A stretch of DNA of 64,000 bases from an uncultured bacterium (GTDB lineage: Bacteria; Patescibacteriota; Minisyncoccia; Phycocordibacterales; UBA918), in contig CBFGXL010000004.1 in the NCBI GenBank assembly GCA_965652925.1, positions 358 through 64,357 on the forward strand, in the 5' to 3' direction. A program made the translations under genes and the position numbers. Positions 9,708 to 19,163 of the stretch are shown piece after piece. Numbering within the stretch: position 1 is the first letter of the stretch; each line of letters begins with the position of its first letter. The notes under the pieces are model-generated. The model saw only the letters and a list, made by a program, of their open reading frames with translations. It was not told the DNA's origin and ran no database searches.

Positions 9708-10472
9708 CTATACCTCAAAAAGTGAACCGACAAGAAACGCAACCGTTGCAGCAGCGCCACCCACGAGCACAACCTCAATAAGCGATGAGCGCAAAGACGA
9801 TCCGACGATCTTCCATTTCAGAAGCCCGAGCAGCAAGAGCGCAACACCAGTGCCTACCACTGAATAGACGAACACCGTGCTTGCTGGCGCAGTAGTAGCA
9901 AACATAAATGGCAAAAGCGGAATGACCCCGAAAATAAGGAAAGAGAAAAACGTCGCCAAGCCCGTACGAACAGGGTTATCTCCTCGAGGATCAGGCATCT
10001 CAAGCTCATGATTCATCATGAAGTCTACCCAATACTCCTCATTCTTCCGGTAGAGCGCAGCCATAGTACGCGCATCAGTTTCCTCGTACCCTTTTTTCAT
10101 AAGGATGGTCACGGTCTCCTCAAATTCCATTTCAGTGTGTTGCTTCACCTCATTTGTCTCTTTGCGCCGTGCTGCTTTGTAGAGGTCTTGGTCAGACTTC
10201 ACTGATAAAAAGTTGCCGAGACCCATTGAGACACCATCGGCAAAGAGGTTTGCAAGCCCGAACAAGAGCACTACCAAAAACGACAACTGCGTTGTCGTTT
10301 CATTGGAAAGTGCAGCGCCTGAAAACCCGGCCACAACAGCAAACGTGGTGATAATGCCGTCGATACCGCCGTAAATCACTTCCTTGAAATAACTTTCAAA
10401 AGCTGACTGTTTGTGTTCATTATGAAGATGCTGCTCCAATACTTCCTCCCTTTTTTCAAGTGTGGAGTTCAT
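9708..10472 (-). CDS. VIT1/CCC1 family Fe/Mn transporter
   Basis: IYGGIDGIITTFAVV and ANLFADGVSMGLGNFLS. Confidence 0.92.
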   Translation of the reverse strand: MNSTLEKREEVLEQHLHNEHKQSAFESYFKEVIYGGIDGIITTFAVVAGFSGAALSNETTTQLSFLVVLLFGLANLFADGVSMGLGNFLSVKSDQDLYKAARRKETNEVKQHTEMEFEETVTILMKKGYEETDARTMAALYRKNEEYWVDFMMNHELEMPDPRGDNPVRTGLATFFSFLIFGVIPLLPFMFATTAPASTVFVYSVVGTGVALLLLGLLKWKIVGSSLRSSLIEVVLVGGAAATVAFLVGSLFEV

Positions 10473-10502
10473 AATTGTATGGTAGCACAGCAGAGCTTCC
10501 GC

Positions 10503-11006
10503 CTATAATTTTCGGGCATCATATGCCCAGTGCAGGAGTGATTGCCGCTGTTTCGGACGGCACAGATGATCGCCCGCCTCACAGTTCTTTCTCACCTGCA
10601 CTCCGTGTCTCCGGTAAGCTCTCCAGCGTTTGATCTGACGTTCGTCGTCCTCATGTCTTCTCCCCATATAGTACCTGCAGTACCACTGAAACCAACCACG
10701 TGGGTCATCTGCATGTATCCATTTCTTTTTCTCCCACTCTGTTCGTGACTGACTGGCCATTACTCTAAAATAATTTAATTCCTTGTGTGGCTTTTGATCA
10801 AATGAAAGTTTTGCATTCTTAAACCATGCCCGAGGAAATTCAGATGGGACTTCTCCAAAATATAAACCTCCAAACACCCCAAGTGACAGCATCTCCTGTG
10901 GCATTAATTCGGGAATAAACTCAGGGTCAAAATTCTTCCCGACCGGTTCAGTAAGATAATATTCGTAGTGCTGATATCGATCGTGACACGTTACTTTCTT
11001 TTTCAT
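10503..11006 (-). CDS. Conserved hypothetical protein (DPRGWFQWYCRYY family)
   Basis: Aromatic and basic ORF with GVFGG, GWFQWYCRYYMGRR and RQSLLHWAYD motifs; function unknown. Confidence 0.75.
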   Translation of the reverse strand: MKKKVTCHDRYQHYEYYLTEPVGKNFDPEFIPELMPQEMLSLGVFGGLYFGEVPSEFPRAWFKNAKLSFDQKPHKELNYFRVMASQSRTEWEKKKWIHADDPRGWFQWYCRYYMGRRHEDDERQIKRWRAYRRHGVQVRKNCEAGDHLCRPKQRQSLLHWAYDARKL

Positions 11007-11011
11007 TTCAC

Positions 11012-11410
11012 TTACACAAACAGCTTCTGCGCGATGAAGTAGGTAATGGTAGATACTGAAGAGGCAAGCACCGCTCCCCAGAGAATATCAACGCCAGTGA
11101 CAAGCAGTGGCCAGTTTTTTAACGTAGCAAGATTGGTGAGATCATAGGTCGCATAGGCAATGCCTCCAAATAGTGCGCCAAACAAAAGCGCATGCGCCCA
11201 CTCCCCTTTCTCAATGGCAGGAACAATCACAAACACGATCAATCCAACAATAAAAATGAGATAGAAGAGTATCGCAGCAGTCCAGTTAATTGACGGAGCC
11301 ATCAAAAACCCGATCTGCTCACGATAAAAATTTCGAGCGATGAACCCAAGCCAAACAAGGTCGATGAGAAAAAAGATCGGCAGTGCAATAAGAAAGAGCT
11401 TTAGAAGCAT
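11012..11410 (-). CDS. DUF2177 family membrane protein
   Basis: IDLVWLG and YATYDLTNLATLKNW...DILWG. Confidence 0.88.
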   Translation of the reverse strand: MLLKLFLIALPIFFLIDLVWLGFIARNFYREQIGFLMAPSINWTAAILFYLIFIVGLIVFVIVPAIEKGEWAHALLFGALFGGIAYATYDLTNLATLKNWPLLVTGVDILWGAVLASSVSTITYFIAQKLFV

Positions 11411-11507
11411 ACGTAATTGGTTATCATTACAGTGTATGACGCATTGGCTTTTTTAGCTAGAGTCGCCTTTTTTATGATTCTTGCTACGCACATACTTGTA
11501 CAACAGT

Positions 11508-11760
11508 GGTTACGAGTTATTGTAACGAAGAATCGAAGCTTACAGCTTCAGTACACCTTTTTGTATGCTCTGTGGTCACGAATTACTAAGGATTATTCGT
11601 CGTAAACTCCTCAAATCCTAAGTACTCTCGACCCCGCCTCACTTGTTCGCAGGCTCACAGCGCTCCGGCTATCACAACGGCACGCAAGCGACGCAGGTCG
11701 CTTGCTAGAACAAAAAAGACCCCAGCTCTTGCTGAGGTCTTTTTTGTTCTGCCGTTGTGA
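11508..11760 (-). repeat. tRNA-trailer element (modules A and C) displaced from tRNA-Glu
   Basis: Module A at 11574-11637; GAAGC-TGTAA-GCTTC hairpin at 11535-11549 ending in TTCGATTCT, which matches the tRNA-Glu T-arm. Confidence 0.75.
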
Positions 11761-11782
11761 ACATCATCGAGCCAATTCTCGA

Positions 11783-11947
11783 ATGCCAAAACGGCAAATT
11801 AGGCAGCCTTTTCAGGACGACGATGATGAGGTGAAGCACCCTGAGCTACACGCATACATACGATTTTGCCATCAGAGCTACATGCGGATGAAGCGTGAAG
11901 GCTCGTGGCCATGGACCAGAAATAAATCTGATTGTGACGAGTGGTGA
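11783..11947 (+). CDS. Small hypothetical protein (54 aa)
   Basis: MPKRQIRQ...YMRMKREGSWPW; lies in the insertion downstream of tRNA-Glu. Confidence 0.4.
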   Translation: MPKRQIRQPFQDDDDEVKHPELHAYIRFCHQSYMRMKREGSWPWTRNKSDCDEW

Positions 11948-11966
11948 GGAGCTGCGTAGAGAGAAC

Positions 11967-12494
11967 TTATTTCTTAAGACTATCAAATAGACGAATAAGC
12001 TCCTTTGAGAACTTATTCAATTCTTTAGTACTTATCAATGGTCTAACATACGGAAGAGGCTTATTAAACTTGGGTGGTATCTTAAATCCGAGTAATCGGA
12101 GGATTTTTTTCGATAGAGCTACACCGTCCTTGTATGTTGCTTGAGCCTCTTTCATCAATGCTTCTATTGATTCATAGTGAAGAGTATTGTGGATAATTTT
12201 ATTGCGTCGTGCGTTATAGGTTACCAACTCAGCAACAATAGATGGCTTTCCCCCCAACAGTTCATAAAATGAAATCAGCTGCGAGAATTTGGCATCGCCG
12301 TCCCAGTATTTCTTATGGGTTTTCTTCCGCTTACCTACAAAGGTGGTAATTAGCAATCTCAACATCATCTCGAGGGATGCCGTCTGCAGAACTAGGGCTT
12401 CAATATGGTCACCATTCACTTCGCTAGCCATTCTGGCCTTTAATCTAACGAGGCTAATAGTGTCCTTGCTGAGTTTGTTCCAGTAATTGGCCAT
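11967..12494 (-). CDS. Hypothetical protein, AT-rich, RxxxxH motif (possibly HEPN-like)
   Basis: 175 aa from MANYWN; LEMMLR...YNARRNKIIH; immediately downstream of tRNA-Glu. Confidence 0.65.
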   Translation of the reverse strand: MANYWNKLSKDTISLVRLKARMASEVNGDHIEALVLQTASLEMMLRLLITTFVGKRKKTHKKYWDGDAKFSQLISFYELLGGKPSIVAELVTYNARRNKIIHNTLHYESIEALMKEAQATYKDGVALSKKILRLLGFKIPPKFNKPLPYVRPLISTKELNKFSKELIRLFDSLKK

Positions 12495-12542
12495 AAAGAT
12501 TGGCAGACAGCTAGGCTGCCCGAGTTGCCAGACTGGCAAGTG

Positions 12543-12614
12543 TGATCCCACGGAGAATCGAACTCCGGTTTCCAGGATGAAAACCTGGCGTCCTAGCCGC
12601 TAGACGATGGGACC
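12543..12614 (-). tRNA. tRNA-Glu (TTC)
   Basis: Cloverleaf; anticodon arm CCAGG-TTTTCAT-CCTGG; T-loop TTCGATT. Confidence 0.95.
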
Positions 12615-12690
12615 GCATATACGCTGAAGGTGTATTCAAACGTGCGCCATATAGTAACAAAAAAACTGGAAAATGCTAGGGTATATTTCC

Positions 12691-14568
12691 CTACGGCTGG
12701 GCCATTATTTTCTCCGATTTGACGAACTCTATAACGTTCTGGTTGTGGTCTATGGTAAACAATACCCCTTTGGTGGTGCCGTTTTTGAGCATCAGCTCGC
12801 TTGCCTCTTCCACGGTCGTATACAACGCGACATTCCGATGAGCGCAGAGGATGACTACCGACGATATGATGTCATTGAAACGGTCCGGGTCAGCGGGGAT
12901 AAGGAATGCAACCTCATCATCTGCAGTGCGCTCCCGAATGACATCCCCCAAATTGCAATATTCAAAACGGTCGGCAGTCACACGTGTTCGGAGGTCGAGG
13001 GCATAGATAGTGAGTGACCCTGCAATAATGACAAAAAACAGAAACGCTGACGTTATACGTATGAGCGTCTGTTTAGGGGTCTTAAGAAGCCACAGCTTGT
13101 ATAAGCATAGTGGGATAATAATGCAGAACAGAGGAACTGTTTTGAGTACAGAATAGAAGTGTATCTCAAACGCAGACCAATCAAGAAACACCAGGTGATG
13201 GAGCACTACCGGCAATGCAAAGAAATAGAGCACCGGATACGCGAAGCGCAATGACGTGATAGAATCCTCTTTTGCCTTTCTCCCGCCAAACCAAAGCAGT
13301 GCGGCAAACAGAACAAGGGACATCAGCAACGGACTGAACCATTTAAGGTAATTTTTTCCGAGTGCAATGAGCAATTGCGAAACACTTCCCGCTTCGCTTT
13401 CTTCAGGCACATACCCGTTTAGATAACGATCGGTCATCACCGATAAAAATGAACCAGTATCCGAAACCGACGCATACTGGAGGACTGTTGCAGTGAGCAC
13501 CACTATAGGAATAATTATGCTCATGAGCAAAAGCGGCAATGCGAATCGCTCTCTTCTGCGAATGAACGCATAGAAAAAAAGAGCTGCACATATGAACAGG
13601 CCAATCCACTCACTGTATACGGTCAGCGCAAGTGTAAGCGCAAGTGCAATATATTCTCTATGCAAAACTTCTTTTCTAGAAGTAATGATCGTATAGAAAA
13701 GATACCCGGCAAGAACAAACAATACTTGAACAAACATATCCGACATGTAGTTCACCGTATGCATATAGAGAGATATGCCCGTAAACAAATATAAACAAAA
13801 GCCGATCAGCCCTACATACACATTCTTGGTCATCCTATACAAGAGGAGCAAGAGGATGCTGGCAGTTGCTATCTGAACAAGGACGTTAAAGATGCGTAAC
13901 CCGACAACATTTGGCTCAAATCCAGACGCAGCAAAAAGTGCATATGGAGCAATGTATGCAAAGGGCGGGTAGGAAACATAGTAATAGTCGCCTGCATCAT
14001 TGCTGTATCCCATCCTATCCACTTCGATCGAAGAATGGTTGTTTATGTGCTTATTGCTTTCTCCAGGATACGTCACTGGAGGTACAAAGTGATGTGTCAA
14101 TCCTCCATCCTCGTGCCATATTTCCAGATGCCGAAGCACGGTTGCGGTGTGCCATTCATAATCGAACGCACGAGGTGTCACAATTGATTCCCACCTGATG
14201 CCCAGAGAAAAAAGCGTCACCACGACGCCAGACGCAGCAAAAAGTGCATATGGAGCAATGTATGCAAAGGGCGGGTAGGAAACATAGTAATAGTCGCCTG
14301 CATCATTGCTGTATCCCATCCTATCCACTTCGATCGAAGAATGGTTGTTTATGTGCTTATTGCTTTCTCCAGGATACGTCACTGGAGGTACAAAGTGATG
14401 TGTCAATCCTCCATCCTCGTGCCATATTTCCAGATGCCGAAGCACGGTTGCGGTGTGCCATTCATAATCGAACGCACGAGGTGTCACAATTGATTCCCAC
14501 CTGATGCCCAGAGAAAAAAGCGTCACCACGACGCAAATGCCCAACACAATCGCATTATTTCTCTTCAT
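12691..14568 (-). CDS. GT-C superfamily (ArnT/PMT-like) membrane glycosyltransferase with internal 102-aa duplication
   Basis: Many TM helices, extracytoplasmic loop with YYVSYPP; located next to a GtrA gene. Confidence 0.7.
   Translation of the reverse strand: MKRNNAIVLGICVVVTLFSLGIRWESIVTPRAFDYEWHTATVLRHLEIWHEDGGLTHHFVPPVTYPGESNKHINNHSSIEVDRMGYSNDAGDYYYVSYPPFAYIAPYALFAASGVVVTLFSLGIRWESIVTPRAFDYEWHTATVLRHLEIWHEDGGLTHHFVPPVTYPGESNKHINNHSSIEVDRMGYSNDAGDYYYVSYPPFAYIAPYALFAASGFEPNVVGLRIFNVLVQIATASILLLLLYRMTKNVYVGLIGFCLYLFTGISLYMHTVNYMSDMFVQVLFVLAGYLFYTIITSRKEVLHREYIALALTLALTVYSEWIGLFICAALFFYAFIRRRERFALPLLLMSIIIPIVVLTATVLQYASVSDTGSFLSVMTDRYLNGYVPEESEAGSVSQLLIALGKNYLKWFSPLLMSLVLFAALLWFGGRKAKEDSITSLRFAYPVLYFFALPVVLHHLVFLDWSAFEIHFYSVLKTVPLFCIIIPLCLYKLWLLKTPKQTLIRITSAFLFFVIIAGSLTIYALDLRTRVTADRFEYCNLGDVIRERTADDEVAFLIPADPDRFNDIISSVVILCAHRNVALYTTVEEASELMLKNGTTKGVLFTIDHNQNVIEFVKSEKIMAQP
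13922..14533. repeat. Exact 306-bp tandem duplication
   Basis: 13922-14227 and 14228-14533 read as identical; in frame (102 aa). Confidence 0.95.
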
Positions 14569-16120
14569 GATAGTCCTCTTCTGCATTTATATCCCAGACT
14601 TTTTCCTTCGGATAGTTTCCCAAGATTGATTCCACCGAAGCCATTGCAGTCAGCATGGAATGATCCTGATTATTGTAACGGTGCATACCGTTTCGACCAA
14701 TGGGATAGAGGTTGGCAATGCCGTTGAGGTACCGCTTCACAATATCAAAATCCTTATATACGCCCGAATACACCGGGTAGGCTTTCGGTACTTTTTCAAC
14801 ATGATAGGCCAGGGCCTGATGCTTCGAGAGACCTATGTGCTCAAGCTCTTTCGATGCAAGTGCACCGAGGTCCTCCTCTGACATCCTCCAGAGCGGATCG
14901 GTATCATTGCAAAAATATTCCATACCAAGCACCTGGGCATTGGGTGACTGCACCATATATGGGCTCCAGTTACGAAACAGCTGGATGCGCCCTACCTGTA
15001 CTTCAGGATCATGGATGTAAATCCAGTTGTCCGTGAGTTTGAGTAGCTCTGCATCCTCCACGAGCACACCTATGGTGACAAAATCCCGAAATGTGAGGTG
15101 TTGCGCAACAGCAGAGACCTCTTGTGGTGGTGCCTGCGTGAACGCTGCAAACAGTTCAGTAATGGGCATTGTTGAAAAAAAATAGTCTGCCTCCAGCATG
15201 TGTTCTTCTCCCGTTTCAGTATCCCGATACGTTACTGCACGAACCCGCTCGTTGTTATTCTCAATTTTTATCACTTCAGCATTTGTTACGATCGATCCAC
15301 CTTTCTCTTCTATGGTACGAGCAACCACCTCCCACAGATGTCCAGGGCCGTATTTAGGATAAAGAAAATATTCGATAAGTGACGTTTCGACATTCTTCTG
15401 ACTGATGTTCGCTTTACGAAACAAACGCAGTATGCTGTTCTGAACAGCTTTCCATACGGAAAGACTCTTTACACGCTGCCTTCCCCAGTCAGCTCCCAAA
15501 TCTGTACAACGCAGTCCCCACACTTTTTCAGTGTATGTCTTAAAAAACGTCAGATACAGTTCATACCCAAAACGATTGATGAAAAAATCCTCCAAATTCT
15601 TCTCTTCTCTAGGAAAAAGAAGAGAATGTACATAACTCGTTCCTATTTTGAGCATCTTCACCACACCCAGATTCGAGAGTGTCTTCCATGAAAGCTCAAC
15701 AGGATATTCATAGAATTTCCCGCCATAGAATATGCGTGATCTCCTTTTGCGCACAAGCATGACATCTTCATCATTGTCATGGATTGCAGAGGATGGGCGC
15801 TCAAGAACATGCGTTCTGTTTTGATATGAGAGTGCTATATGCTCATCACTTCCTTTTTCAAGTGGCAGCACATCAAGCCACCATGAGACAACCTTGTCAG
15901 ACTTTGAGAAAAAACGATGCCCTCCAATATCCATTCTGTTTTCCCCAAACTGCACTGTCCGAGAAATACCGCCAAGATGCCGGCTTTTCTCAAGGATAAT
16001 GGGTTGAATATCCGTGTGACGGAGAAGTTCTAGCGCCGCAGTGAGTCCCGCGGGTCCAGCCCCGATGATCACTGCCTTTTTTGTTTTCGGTGTTTGTTCA
16101 GTCATTGGCTGTGGAGACAT
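14555..16120 (-). CDS. FAD-dependent oxidoreductase (HemY / UDP-galactopyranose mutase-like family)
   Basis: [37 protein letters not shown]. Confidence 0.85.
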   Translation of the reverse strand: MSPQPMTEQTPKTKKAVIIGAGPAGLTAALELLRHTDIQPIILEKSRHLGGISRTVQFGENRMDIGGHRFFSKSDKVVSWWLDVLPLEKGSDEHIALSYQNRTHVLERPSSAIHDNDEDVMLVRKRRSRIFYGGKFYEYPVELSWKTLSNLGVVKMLKIGTSYVHSLLFPREEKNLEDFFINRFGYELYLTFFKTYTEKVWGLRCTDLGADWGRQRVKSLSVWKAVQNSILRLFRKANISQKNVETSLIEYFLYPKYGPGHLWEVVARTIEEKGGSIVTNAEVIKIENNNERVRAVTYRDTETGEEHMLEADYFFSTMPITELFAAFTQAPPQEVSAVAQHLTFRDFVTIGVLVEDAELLKLTDNWIYIHDPEVQVGRIQLFRNWSPYMVQSPNAQVLGMEYFCNDTDPLWRMSEEDLGALASKELEHIGLSKHQALAYHVEKVPKAYPVYSGVYKDFDIVKRYLNGIANLYPIGRNGMHRYNNQDHSMLTAMASVESILGNYPKEKVWDINAEEDYHEEK

Positions 16121-16154
16121 GCGTGCATTGTATGCTCTAGTATATACTATCTGC

Positions 16155-16547
16155 ATGACCAGAATGTTGCGCTCGTTTATCGTCTTTTGCTTTGTCGGCG
16201 CCATTAGTTCCCTCATAGATCTCGGCATTTTGTATATGCTTGTTGAATACTTCGAGTTTTCTGTATATCTAGCAGCCACGCTCTCTTTTACCCTTTCATC
16301 GCTCAATGGCTACACCCTCAATAAACTCATCACTTTCAGAGACACTTCTCTGAGCGTCAAACGCCAATATATCTCTTATGTGTTAGTCAATCTCATTGGA
16401 CTCGGGCTTACGCTTATGCTCCTCTTCCTCTTTATAAATACTTTTGGGCTCTACTATATGCATGCTAAGATACTCACCCTTGCTATCGTCGTCCTTTGGA
16501 ATTTCGGAGGCAGCAGGACTTTTGTATTCAAAAATAGAACACACTGA
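16155..16547 (+). CDS. GtrA family protein
   Basis: Four TM helices; [26 protein letters not shown]. Confidence 0.88.
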   Translation: MTRMLRSFIVFCFVGAISSLIDLGILYMLVEYFEFSVYLAATLSFTLSSLNGYTLNKLITFRDTSLSVKRQYISYVLVNLIGLGLTLMLLFLFINTFGLYYMHAKILTLAIVVLWNFGGSRTFVFKNRTH

Positions 16548-16550
16548 CAT

Positions 16551-17300
16551 ATGAAAATCGTATCGCTCAATATCGAGGGATCAAAGCATGTAAACCGGGT
16601 TATCCCTTTTCTTGAAGCTGAACAAGCTGATGTTATATGCCTTCAGGAAGCACAGCTCGATCTCCATCCTTATCTTGAAAAAGCTGGATACACATTTCAT
16701 GTGCTTCCCATGACTTTGCGCACTGACGATTCACATTTGAATGAACCAGAAGGACTCCTTTTGGCAACTCGTCATGAGACAACGTTTGATTCCTTCTATT
16801 ATCATATGCCCGAAGAAGGCATCCAGCCATTTATCAAAGCCGCATGGAGAGACACCTGCGCTTATGGAGTGTTGTTTGCGGATGTAACCTTTCAAGGAAA
16901 GCTATTCAGGATCGGAACTACGCATTTTACCTGGACCCCAGACGGTATGCCCAATAGCGAACAGGACGCTGACGCAGATGCGCTTTTCTCGTTTCTCCGC
17001 ACACAAAAGCCGCATGTGATCTGTGGGGATTTCAACATACCTCGTCTGCACAATTATAATTATAAGCGCCTTACAGAACTGTACACCGATGCTATTCCCA
17101 CGAACTATACAAGCAGTCTTGACCGCACACTCCATCGATGCGGGAAGGATGCACAACGGTCTATTATGTTTGACGAATACATGGTGGATTACCTCTGCAC
17201 CCAGACACCATACACAGCCTCAGATGTGCGTTTACAGTTTGGCATCAGCGACCACGCAGGCATTGTCGCAACCCTTCACTCCGACCTCACTCGACCGTAA
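16551..17300 (+). CDS. Endonuclease/exonuclease/phosphatase family protein
   Basis: SLNI, DVICLQE, CGDFN, VDY and SDH motifs. Confidence 0.9.
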   Translation: MKIVSLNIEGSKHVNRVIPFLEAEQADVICLQEAQLDLHPYLEKAGYTFHVLPMTLRTDDSHLNEPEGLLLATRHETTFDSFYYHMPEEGIQPFIKAAWRDTCAYGVLFADVTFQGKLFRIGTTHFTWTPDGMPNSEQDADADALFSFLRTQKPHVICGDFNIPRLHNYNYKRLTELYTDAIPTNYTSSLDRTLHRCGKDAQRSIMFDEYMVDYLCTQTPYTASDVRLQFGISDHAGIVATLHSDLTRP

Positions 17301-19101
17301 CAGATTTTGCCAGATTACGCGGGCGGTCTACATTTAAACCGCGTGCAATGCCTACGTAATATGCAAATAGGTGCAATGGTACTGTCGAGACAATCGGCTG
17401 AATGATCGGATGTACTTTTGGCATATAAATGATATCTGTTGCAAGTGACGCCAGGTGGGAATCACCAAGTGTGCCGAAAGCAAGAACCGGCGCTTTTCTA
17501 GCTCTGACCTCTTCAATGTTTGAAATCATCTTTTCATAGACATCATCCTGCGGACAAAGAGCAACAACAGGAAAATCAGCATCAAGCATGGCAATCGGCC
17601 CATGTTTAAGCTCGCCGCCGGCATACGCTTCTGCATGAATATATGCAACCTCTTTCAGTTTAAGAGATCCCTCATAAGCAATTGGCGTATGGAATTTTCT
17701 TCCAATGAAAATCATATCCCGCGACGAAGCGTACTTCTGGGCAATGCGTTTTATCTCTTCAGACTGTTTGAGTACACTGCGAAGAACTTCAGGCAAGCTC
17801 TGAAGCGCCTCTGCGATCTCTATTCCTTCTTCTTGCCTCATGCCTCGCTCACGTCCAATAAGAAGCGTCAAAAGCGCGAAGACAGCAAGCTGCGAGATGA
17901 ATGCCTTGGTTGAGGCAACAGCAACCTCGGGACCAGCGTGGTTATATACTCCAGCATGTGTCTCACGTGCGATGGTCGACCCGACAGAGTTTATGATGCC
18001 GAGGGTTAACAAACCTTGTTTCTGTGCAGACCGGATCGAAGCAAGCGTGTCAGCGGTCTCACCAGACTGCGAGACAGCAAGAACTGCGCTTTTTTTATCT
18101 GGCAAATTGCGTTTGTAACGGTACTCACTTGCCAACTCAACCTCTGTGGGCAGACCAGCATACTCTTCAAGAAGATATCGGCCTACAAGTCCTGCATAAT
18201 AGGCAGAACCGCAGCCCACGATCTGCAGGCGATTGAGCACAGAAAGCTTATCAAGTACCGTTTCAAGACCGCCAAGCTTCGCCCTCCCTTTATCCATAAG
18301 AAGCCTGCCTCGGATCGTATTTTCAATAACCTCAGGTGCCTCAAAAATCTCTTTGATCATGAAGTGGTCATACCCCTCTTTCTGTGCCGCCTCAAAATCC
18401 CACGCAACCTTTTGCGGAGTTTTTTGTCGTGCCTCCCCCGAAAGCGAACTGATGCTGTACGAGTCTTTGGTAATGACCGCAACTTCTCCGTCATCTAGGT
18501 ACACAACATCCTTCGTGTGGGACACCAGAGCTGATGGATCAGATGAAACAAAATGTCCATCCGTGCCGATGCCGAGCACAATAGGGCTACCCATGCGCCC
18601 AATAACAATCACTCCCGGCTCATGCTCGCTCATTACGGCAAGACCATACGTACCGCGGACCATGCGCAACGCTTCCAAGACCGCACTCTTGAGATCGCCC
18701 TTATAGAGGGTGCCTATGAGTTTAGCGAGCACCTCGGTGTCGGTATCAGACTCAAACGAAATGCCCTGCGCAAGAAGTCCTTCCTTCAATGCGCGGTAGT
18801 TTTCTATGATTCCATTGTGGACGATCCATATCTGTCCGCTGGCATCATGATGCGGGTGTGCATTCTTTTCAGTCGGTTCTCCGTGTGTTGCCCAACGCGT
18901 GTGCGCAATACCAGAAGTGCCGCCGATGGTTTCAGTGATGCTTGCCACAAGATTGTCTATAGGACCAACTGACTTCACCACACCATATCCCGGAACAAAT
19001 ATCCCCGCAGAGTCGTATCCGCGATATTCGAGTGTCCGCAATCCTTCAATTAAAAGAGGTTCTGCTGTCCGCTGTCCCACATATCCGAAAATACCACACA
19101 T
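17287..19101 (-). CDS. glmS: Glutamine--fructose-6-phosphate aminotransferase
   Basis: MCGIFG start, HTRWATHG, SQSGETADT, PRNLAKSVTVE end. Confidence 0.98.
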   Translation of the reverse strand: MCGIFGYVGQRTAEPLLIEGLRTLEYRGYDSAGIFVPGYGVVKSVGPIDNLVASITETIGGTSGIAHTRWATHGEPTEKNAHPHHDASGQIWIVHNGIIENYRALKEGLLAQGISFESDTDTEVLAKLIGTLYKGDLKSAVLEALRMVRGTYGLAVMSEHEPGVIVIGRMGSPIVLGIGTDGHFVSSDPSALVSHTKDVVYLDDGEVAVITKDSYSISSLSGEARQKTPQKVAWDFEAAQKEGYDHFMIKEIFEAPEVIENTIRGRLLMDKGRAKLGGLETVLDKLSVLNRLQIVGCGSAYYAGLVGRYLLEEYAGLPTEVELASEYRYKRNLPDKKSAVLAVSQSGETADTLASIRSAQKQGLLTLGIINSVGSTIARETHAGVYNHAGPEVAVASTKAFISQLAVFALLTLLIGRERGMRQEEGIEIAEALQSLPEVLRSVLKQSEEIKRIAQKYASSRDMIFIGRKFHTPIAYEGSLKLKEVAYIHAEAYAGGELKHGPIAMLDADFPVVALCPQDDVYEKMISNIEEVRARKAPVLAFGTLGDSHLASLATDIIYMPKVHPIIQPIVSTVPLHLFAYYVGIARGLNVDRPRNLAKSVTVE

Positions 19102-19163
19102 ATTTTTTTCTATTATCTGTTTCTTTATGATACTACGGCAACCTGAGATTGGTTACTTATAGA

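Noticed and set aside
19102-19163. glmS ribozyme upstream of glmS
   Set aside because: Only about 60 nt of intergenic space and no ribozyme core sequence visible.
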